From the IMG/VR virus record IMGVR_UViG_3300045988_024225: a DNA stretch of 18,092 nucleotides; one strand, written 5' to 3'. Each line of letters opens with the position of its first letter. Position 1 is the first letter of the stretch. The notes beneath the pieces are model-generated. The model saw only the letters and a list, made by a program, of their open reading frames with translations. It was not told the DNA's origin and searched no databases. Shown here one piece after another: positions 12,877 to 18,092 of this stretch. This DNA comes from a virus. The translations under genes were made by a program, and so were the position numbers.

Positions 12877-14421
12877 ATGGCTACAGTGTACACGAAAACC
12901 GACAATTACGGTTTGAACCTCTACGGAGACAATGATCCTGCAGACCTACGCGACGGATATAACGGGTCCATGCGCACCATTGATACAACTTTGAAAACCC
13001 ATTTGAATCGTATCGAGGGGGTGGAAGCGCGGGAAACCCATGACGAGGAAGTGGTTAAAGCACTGCTTGGCGATAACACGGTGGATAGCGCTACCACTGC
13101 GAAAGCCAAGTGGGATAAGTCAAGCACGGACGCCACTACCGCCAACAGCAAGGCCAATGCAAACACGGCAATTCTCGCCGCATTGGGTGCAAATTCTGCT
13201 GTCGACGCCGCCGCCGCGAAAACCAAGTGGAACGACGCGGCAACTACCGCCACTGGCAACAATCACGCATTGGTTGCGCTCGGGAGCGAAACCACTGACA
13301 AGGCGGACGCCAATAAGGGTAAGTGGGATACCGCCGCCACTACCGCCACCGGCAACAATCAGGCATTGATCGCGCTCGGAAGCAATACCGTCGCCACTGC
13401 CTCTGCCAATAAAACCAAGTGGGATAAAGCTTCTTCGGACGCTACCGCCGCACTCAATGCGGTCAACACGCCAAATAAACTCAAGGACTACGTTGTAGTG
13501 CTGGGCGATAGCTGGGTTGATGGATATTATGGTGGCGCGAAGCATATCGACCAGTCGCCCGCCGTCGCCATTCGGGAAAAACTTTCCCCGCAACGCTTCT
13601 TCTACAAGGGATCCTCGGGTGGAGGTTTCGCCGCGTCCGGTGATGATGGCACGTTTGCGAACATTTGGGATACCGTACCGGATAAAAGCAAAGTGACGGC
13701 CGTTATCATCATCGGCGGGCAGAATGACGCCAATGGCAACATTGACGAAGGTACGGTTATGAGCAATGCCCGTAGCCTTATGGAAACCATTCACGCGGAA
13801 GCGCCGAACGCCGACATTCACGTTTGCCCCATGGTGCTAGCGGTCGGCCAGACATTGACCAGAAAGCAGAATCACGGTACCTCAAGGGCTGCCCGGCTAG
13901 GCATTTACCGCGTATTGACCCTCAATTTAAAGGATATCGGATTCGATTATATCCATGTGCATGAGGGCGGATATCGCATCGGCGTGGTAGCCTCCCAAGC
14001 GGAGGATGGGGGCGACGGTGGCGACGGTGCGCACCTCAGTCGTGCAGGATACATATTGGCCGGATACTGGATAGCGTCCTGTGTGGCCACAGATAGTGAC
14101 CTATGGCCGACCAACTACGGCAACCCGGATGACAGTCAGATCAGCGGTACTTGGAATTATGTCAACATTTATGAATGCGGCGGCATGTTGCATGTAAACT
14201 ACAAGTGCGAATACAATGTGAAACCGGCTAACGGAAACCGTATTTTCAAGCTCCCGAAATGGGCGACGGTCGGCGATGCACAATATTATCGCAGCTACCA
14301 CACCGGCTCAGATGGATATTTTATCGCCATCGATGGCGATACTATTTCTATCCAAGGATGCGACGGAATGGCGGCTACTGGACTTATAACCGATGCCTTC
14401 ACCATTCCATCAGGGTTCTGA
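12877..14421 (+). CDS. Tail fibre/appendage protein with SGNH (GDSL-type) esterase domain (514 aa)
   Basis: ATG at 12877 lies 9 nt after AAGGA. The track's TTG at 12868 is an alternative start. N-terminal anchor motif NYGLNLYGDNDPADLRDGYNGSMRTIDTTLKT, then four repeats of about 32 aa. SGNH blocks are present: GDS (13504-13512), GGQND (13714-13728) and DGAH (14023-14034). Confidence 0.8.
   Translation: MATVYTKTDNYGLNLYGDNDPADLRDGYNGSMRTIDTTLKTHLNRIEGVEARETHDEEVVKALLGDNTVDSATTAKAKWDKSSTDATTANSKANANTAILAALGANSAVDAAAAKTKWNDAATTATGNNHALVALGSETTDKADANKGKWDTAATTATGNNQALIALGSNTVATASANKTKWDKASSDATAALNAVNTPNKLKDYVVVLGDSWVDGYYGGAKHIDQSPAVAIREKLSPQRFFYKGSSGGGFAASGDDGTFANIWDTVPDKSKVTAVIIIGGQNDANGNIDEGTVMSNARSLMETIHAEAPNADIHVCPMVLAVGQTLTRKQNHGTSRAARLGIYRVLTLNLKDIGFDYIHVHEGGYRIGVVASQAEDGGDGGDGAHLSRAGYILAGYWIASCVATDSDLWPTNYGNPDDSQISGTWNYVNIYECGGMLHVNYKCEYNVKPANGNRIFKLPKWATVGDAQYYRSYHTGSDGYFIAIDGDTISIQGCDGMAATGLITDAFTIPSGF
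13063..13470 (+). repeat. Imperfect tandem repeats inside the fibre gene (4 units; 96-nt period for the last three)
   Basis: Protein units have the form LG(S/A)x(T/S)..A.(K/N)(T/G)KW(D/N).A.TTATGNN.AL(V/I)A. The DNA segments near 13243 and 13339 are near-identical (ACTACCGCCACYGGCAACAATCASGCATTG). Confidence 0.8.
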
Positions 14422-14447
14422 TCGCCGTATAACGATAGCCATATCAC

Positions 14448-14453
14448 TATAAT
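14448..14453 (+). promoter_or_regulatory. TATAAT box 6 nt upstream of the tail-lysin ATG; possible leaderless start
   Basis: The sequence reads TATAAT ggtggt ATG. No SD is correctly spaced. The box lies in the loop of a 9-bp hairpin (14435-14443/14459-14467) whose 3' arm contains the ATG. Confidence 0.3.
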
Positions 14454-14459
14454 GGTGGT

Positions 14460-15671
14460 ATGGCTATTACTTTTACCCAATGGATTGATCAGACGAAAAA
14501 CCGATACTGGGATATGGACGGGGCATATGGGGCGCAATGCTGGGACTTATGGGCTAAATATTCCATGGATATGTACGGCATGAGTATTCAAGACTGCATT
14601 ACTCCAACCGGCTATGCGGGCGGACTGTACACCTCATATCCCGTGTCTGCACGGTGCGGACAGGTGTACGAGCGTATCCCCGCCAATGGATACACGCCCG
14701 TAGCGGGCGACGTGGCAATATGGTGGTACGGCACGTATACCCCTTACACTCACGTTGCCATAGTTGCCGGTGATGGGGTGAAAGACGGCAGGATCTACGT
14801 TATCACTCAGAATCCGGACGCAAGCGCGTTGAAATGGTTCCCCACCACCGGACTGTTGGGTTATCTGCATCCCCGTACCATGCCGAAACCGGACGCGGAT
14901 AATCCGACCGGCGACAATAATCAGGGGAACCCCGACACGGCGCGGAGCGGTGCGTGGATACATTGGCAGGGCGATAACCTCTACTTGCACGAGACGGACA
15001 ATAGCGGTGCGCGTACCCGTATTTTTTACAAGACTACGGCCAATAATTTTTCCGAGAAAGCGTCACAAGGGCAGCCGTCCGACTCGCAAGGACAAGGCCA
15101 CCCGTCCAGTTCGGTCAGCGCGGAAAACTCGTATGCCCTCTATGTGGTCGGCACGGTGGAAGCTGGGCTGAGGTGGGATGCAGTGGAAGCCGCCAATCTA
15201 CAGGGTATTGGTATTGCGCAATGGAGTTTTGGCAGGAGACTACAAGTGCTCAATGCCATGAAAGCGGCAGACCCAACCGGCTATGCCGCATTCAAGACGG
15301 CAGCGCCACAGATCGCCGCCCTTATGGAGAGTGGGGGGGAGTTTACGAGAAATCTCACTCAAGTGGAAGCTAGCGCGTTCCAAACATGGGCGGCACGTAA
15401 TGAATCGCATGAGGGACAGCGCAAGCAGTTTGCCGAAGACTATGCGGGCTATCCACAGGAATACGAAGACAATAAGATGCAGATCCTATGGGTGACGGCT
15501 TATCATCAGTCGCCCGCTAACGCGCTAAAAGTTCCAAAAGCGTCCAATCTCACACAGCTTAAAAACAATATTCTGAGTACGTACCCGTTTCAGCCTTACT
15601 CGAATCGATACAATCAAGCATATTCTCTACTGAGCGTGTGGGATGGAAAATCGAACCCGCCCGCATTCTAA
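14460..15671 (+). CDS. Tail-associated peptidoglycan hydrolase: N-terminal CHAP domain plus C-terminal possible lysozyme-like domain (403 aa)
   Basis: CHAP signature DMDGAYGAQCWDLW ... THVAIV, paralogous to the endolysin. A low-complexity linker (PKPDADNPTGDNNQGNP) follows. The C-terminal part has VEAG ... GIGIAQWS ... YHQSP, reminiscent of transglycosylase motifs (weak). It occupies the position of phi29 gp13. Confidence 0.75.
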   Translation: MAITFTQWIDQTKNRYWDMDGAYGAQCWDLWAKYSMDMYGMSIQDCITPTGYAGGLYTSYPVSARCGQVYERIPANGYTPVAGDVAIWWYGTYTPYTHVAIVAGDGVKDGRIYVITQNPDASALKWFPTTGLLGYLHPRTMPKPDADNPTGDNNQGNPDTARSGAWIHWQGDNLYLHETDNSGARTRIFYKTTANNFSEKASQGQPSDSQGQGHPSSSVSAENSYALYVVGTVEAGLRWDAVEAANLQGIGIAQWSFGRRLQVLNAMKAADPTGYAAFKTAAPQIAALMESGGEFTRNLTQVEASAFQTWAARNESHEGQRKQFAEDYAGYPQEYEDNKMQILWVTAYHQSPANALKVPKASNLTQLKNNILSTYPFQPYSNRYNQAYSLLSVWDGKSNPPAF

Positions 15672-15673
15672 TG

Positions 15674-15682
15674 TGATATAAT
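15674..15682 (+). promoter_or_regulatory. Extended -10 promoter box TGaTATAAT
   Basis: Perfect TGnTATAAT 3 nt after the tail-lysin stop and 104 nt upstream of the ATPase ATG. Confidence 0.5.
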
Positions 15683-15730
15683 AAGGCATGTCGGCATGTG
15701 ATGACTTCCCTTGAGCCGACCGTAACTAGT

Positions 15731-15772
15731 GGGAGCGTAACGGTGGTCATGACGTTACGCTCCCATTGTTTT
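15731..15772 (+). terminator. Strong hairpin (12-bp stem) plus ATTGTTTT; terminator or attenuator just before the ATPase SD
   Basis: GGGAGCGTAACG gtggtcatga CGTTACGCTCCC, then ATTGTTTT, then AGGAGG (15773-15778) and the ATG at 15786. Confidence 0.65.
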
Positions 15773-15785
15773 AGGAGGTGAGCGC

Positions 15786-16853
15786 ATGGCATTACAGACA
15801 TTGGCTGAAGATGATTACTACGACTTGCATAATCTGCTTACCCGTAACGCCCCGTGGAATTTCGTGATCGGCGCACGCGGCCTAGGCAAAACGTTTGCCG
15901 CAAAACGGTATGGAATCAAAGAATATATCAAACACGGTCACGAGTTCATTTATCTCAGGCGTACGGACGTGGAACAGCACCGTAAGGAAACGTTTTTCAA
16001 AGACATTCAAGAATTCTTTCCACAATACGAATTTCGTGTAAATGGTGAGAAAGGGCAGATTCATAAGACGTCATGGGACGAAAAGGATTGGCGCACCTGT
16101 TGCTATTTCGTCGCCCTTTCACAAGCGGGCGGCTTGAAATCAGTAGCCTATCCAAAAGTTCACTTGATTATTTTCGACGAAATTTTCCCCGACAACCTCA
16201 GGTTTTTAAGCAATGAGGTAAATTCGTTTTCCGAATTTTACAATACGGTCGACCGTTGGCAGGATAGGACAAAAGTACTGTTTCTGTCTAACGCAGTCCA
16301 GAAGGCTAACCCGTATTTCGCAAAATACCGTTTGGACATTGGATCCCAGCAAACCAACCAGCAACAGTACAAATTATATTGCGGGGGGTTCGTCTGTCTC
16401 GAATTGGCCGATTATGGCGGATTCTCAGCCAAAGTCGCACAATCAAAATTCGGCCGGTTCCTTGAACGGTACGACGGCGACTATGCGGACTACGCCATTC
16501 GTAACAAATTCCGCGACGAGTCAGACACGTTGTTAGCGCCTATACCGATCGACGGTGAACTCTCGTACATTTTGGACACTACCGATTACGCTCGTTTCGG
16601 TATTTGGGTTTCCGTGTCCGAACGGGACGGGCATGTTTCACAATATGTTTCACGACGTATTCCAAAAGACAACACTCGACCCGTCTACACACTAGACCCC
16701 AACCATGTCGACGAACACACTTGGTACGTCAAAAAATCAGATGATATCATACGACGGCTCACCACCGGCTATCGACTCGGTAAAATCCGTTTCGATGATT
16801 CACAAGTCAAAGCCGATTTTGGACTGATCATAGGCGAACTATTAGGCAAATAA
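15786..16853 (+). CDS. DNA encapsidation (packaging) ATPase, phi29 gp16-like (355 aa)
   Basis: NFVIGARGLGKTFA is almost identical to phi29 gp16 NFVIGARGIGKSYA (Walker A, nt 15870-15893). EFIYLRR matches QFIYVRR, Walker B is VHLIIFDEIF, and LSNAVQKANPYF matches LSNAVSVVNPYF. Confidence 0.92.
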   Translation: MALQTLAEDDYYDLHNLLTRNAPWNFVIGARGLGKTFAAKRYGIKEYIKHGHEFIYLRRTDVEQHRKETFFKDIQEFFPQYEFRVNGEKGQIHKTSWDEKDWRTCCYFVALSQAGGLKSVAYPKVHLIIFDEIFPDNLRFLSNEVNSFSEFYNTVDRWQDRTKVLFLSNAVQKANPYFAKYRLDIGSQQTNQQQYKLYCGGFVCLELADYGGFSAKVAQSKFGRFLERYDGDYADYAIRNKFRDESDTLLAPIPIDGELSYILDTTDYARFGIWVSVSERDGHVSQYVSRRIPKDNTRPVYTLDPNHVDEHTWYVKKSDDIIRRLTTGYRLGKIRFDDSQVKADFGLIIGELLGK

Positions 16854-16867
16854 GAAAGGATATACAT

Positions 16868-17239
16868 ATGACAATGACGGCAACAGACGTGTGGTGTGTG
16901 TTTGCAGTAGTCTTTTTTATTATTGTGGATTATGTGACAGGCATTGCAAAAGCCATACTTAACGACACATTGAGTTCACAGAAAATGCGACAAGGGTTAT
17001 GGCATAAGTTCGCCTATCTCATGCTTACCTTGGTAGCCTATTTCGTGGACATGATTAATCTGCATGTAGACCTCGGACTGCCGGTCAGCGTGTTCATGTG
17101 CACGGTCGGCGGTATTAGTCTCATTGAACTTACGTCGATTTTGGAAAACATTACCGCCATTAATCCCGAGCTAGCGGACGCCCCTTTTATGAGCGTGTTT
17201 GCTAATACCAATACCCCCAAGCACAAGAAGGAAAACTGA
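16868..17239 (+). CDS. Holin (phage_holin_4_1 / toxin-secretion holin type, 123 aa)
   Basis: Three hydrophobic segments. DYVTGIAKA ... SS.KM..GL.HK ... ELTSILEN is characteristic of this holin family. Sits immediately upstream of the endolysin. Confidence 0.8.
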   Translation: MTMTATDVWCVFAVVFFIIVDYVTGIAKAILNDTLSSQKMRQGLWHKFAYLMLTLVAYFVDMINLHVDLGLPVSVFMCTVGGISLIELTSILENITAINPELADAPFMSVFANTNTPKHKKEN

Positions 17240-17240
17240 C

Positions 17241-17918
17241 ATGAACACCCAAGAATGGATGAACTCAATCAACGGACAGGTTATCGACATGGACGGCGCA
17301 TACGGCGGACAATGCTGGGACTTATGGAGCAGCTACGCCCAAAACGTATACGGCATTCCAGCCGCCGACACCAACACCGTAGACGGATACGCCGCAAGCG
17401 TCTACAATACACGATATGACCGCTCCCGCGCTCTGCAGGACACATTCAGCCGAGAGGGTGCCGACTATACGCCAACCTACGGAGACGTAGCATTCTGGGA
17501 CGGCAATAGCATGAACCACGTCGCCATCGTAGTCAAAGACAACGACAACAACACCCTCGACACCATGTCACAGAATCCAAACAAGGCCGGATACGTGACA
17601 CTCAGCAAGGCCGGTATTATCGGCTACTTCCACCCACATTCCACAAGCGCACCGGCACCCGCACCGGCAAACAATAGCGTGACCATCATTCCACGCACAT
17701 ACAAAGTCAATGTGAATACGCTCAACGTACGCTCAGCACCCTCAGTCAACGCGGAAGTGGTAGCACAATACCACTACGGACAAACCGTCAACCTAGCCGA
17801 AGGCGGTGTGATCGCAGACGGATACATTTGGGCACACTACATTGGCGGCTCAGGAGCCACCAGGTACGTTGCACTCGCACCCGCCGACAAATCAGCATGG
17901 TATCTTGTTTTTGCCTAA
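17241..17918 (+). CDS. Endolysin: N-terminal CHAP amidase/peptidase plus C-terminal SH3b-like wall-binding domain (225 aa)
   Basis: ATG at 17241 follows AAGAAGGAAA, 1 nt after the holin stop. The 17199 start in the track overlaps the holin. CHAP signature DMDGAYGGQCWDLW ... NHVAIV, linker APAPAPA, then YKVNVNTLNVRSAPSVNAEVVAQYHYGQTVNL...DGYIWAHY, which is SH3b-like. Confidence 0.88.
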   Translation: MNTQEWMNSINGQVIDMDGAYGGQCWDLWSSYAQNVYGIPAADTNTVDGYAASVYNTRYDRSRALQDTFSREGADYTPTYGDVAFWDGNSMNHVAIVVKDNDNNTLDTMSQNPNKAGYVTLSKAGIIGYFHPHSTSAPAPAPANNSVTIIPRTYKVNVNTLNVRSAPSVNAEVVAQYHYGQTVNLAEGGVIADGYIWAHYIGGSGATRYVALAPADKSAWYLVFA

Positions 17919-17931
17919 ATGACGGCATAAG

Positions 17932-17966
17932 AAAGCCCCTAGGATATTAACCTAGGGGCTTTTACT
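17932..17966. terminator. Terminal intrinsic terminator (12-bp stem)
   Basis: AAAGCCCCTAGG atattaa CCTAGGGGCTTT, followed by TACTTT. On the opposite strand it is flanked by CTTATG, so in principle it could act in both directions. Confidence 0.8.
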
Positions 17967-17973
17967 TTACCTA

Positions 17974-18092
17974 TCACGCTTCCTCGAACGCTTCAATAAA
18001 ATCATCAGACGGAAACGAATCACAATCCTTATAACCCTCAATAGCCATATTATTAACCACCGCCACATGATACAGATTCTCAACAATCACAT
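17974..18092. repeat. Right inverted terminal repeat (119 bp)
   Basis: Exact reverse complement of 1-119. Confidence 0.95.

Noticed and set aside
13120-13821. 233-aa minus-strand ORF, plus 12921-13262 (-) and 13040-13369 (+, alternative frame)
   Set aside because: All overlap the repeat/SGNH fibre gene, whose frame carries the conserved anchor motif and all SGNH catalytic blocks. The alternative frames are Gly/Arg/Pro-rich by-products of the Ala/Thr-rich repeats.
370-17240. Longer N-terminal extensions in the ORF track (starts at 370, 1404, 2810, 7577, 12868 and 17199)
   Set aside because: In each case an internal start has a well-spaced SD and abuts the previous stop. The extended start instead overlaps the upstream gene or lies inside a leader hairpin (2810, 7577). 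TTG 12868 and GTG 9926 remain possible alternatives.
1-18092. Search for tRNA genes, CRISPR repeats, integrase/repressor or attachment sites, and transposase-type mobile elements
   Set aside because: I saw no cloverleaf-like segments, no regularly spaced direct repeats, and no ORF with recombinase or HTH-repressor motifs. Every interval longer than about 100 nt is accounted for by the genes and non-coding elements listed. This check was visual only; tRNAscan or HMM searches would be needed to exclude them formally.

Overview
The window looks like a complete 18,092-bp linear dsDNA genome of a small phi29-like, protein-primed podophage. The first 119 nt are the exact reverse complement of the last 119 nt, which I checked base by base, so the ends are inverted terminal repeats (ITRs). 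All credible genes lie on the + strand and are tightly packed, most with AGGAGG-type Shine-Dalgarno (SD) sites. From left to right: (1) about 2.2 kb of small orphan early genes, three of them recoverable only by hand because two are under 60 aa and one needs a shifted start. (2) A replication module with an SSB-like protein, a basic candidate terminal protein, and a compact family-B protein-primed DNA polymerase. (3) A 185-nt non-coding gap with its own extended -10 promoter and intrinsic terminator, which folds by hand into a pRNA-like structured RNA. (4) A phi29-syntenic morphogenesis block: acidic scaffold, gp8-like capsid protein with a C-terminal Ig-like domain, gp9-like tail knob, gp10-like connector, gp11-like lower collar, three fibre or appendage genes sharing one N-terminal module (one carries an SGNH esterase), and a CHAP tail lysin. 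(5) A gp16-like packaging ATPase, a holin and a CHAP-SH3b endolysin. TGnTATAAT extended -10 boxes recur at gene junctions, and several are followed by strong hairpins. I saw no integrase, repressor, tRNA or CRISPR array, so the phage appears virulent, and the lysis genes and SD sites suggest a Gram-positive host. All homology calls come from motifs recognised by eye plus synteny. No searches were run.
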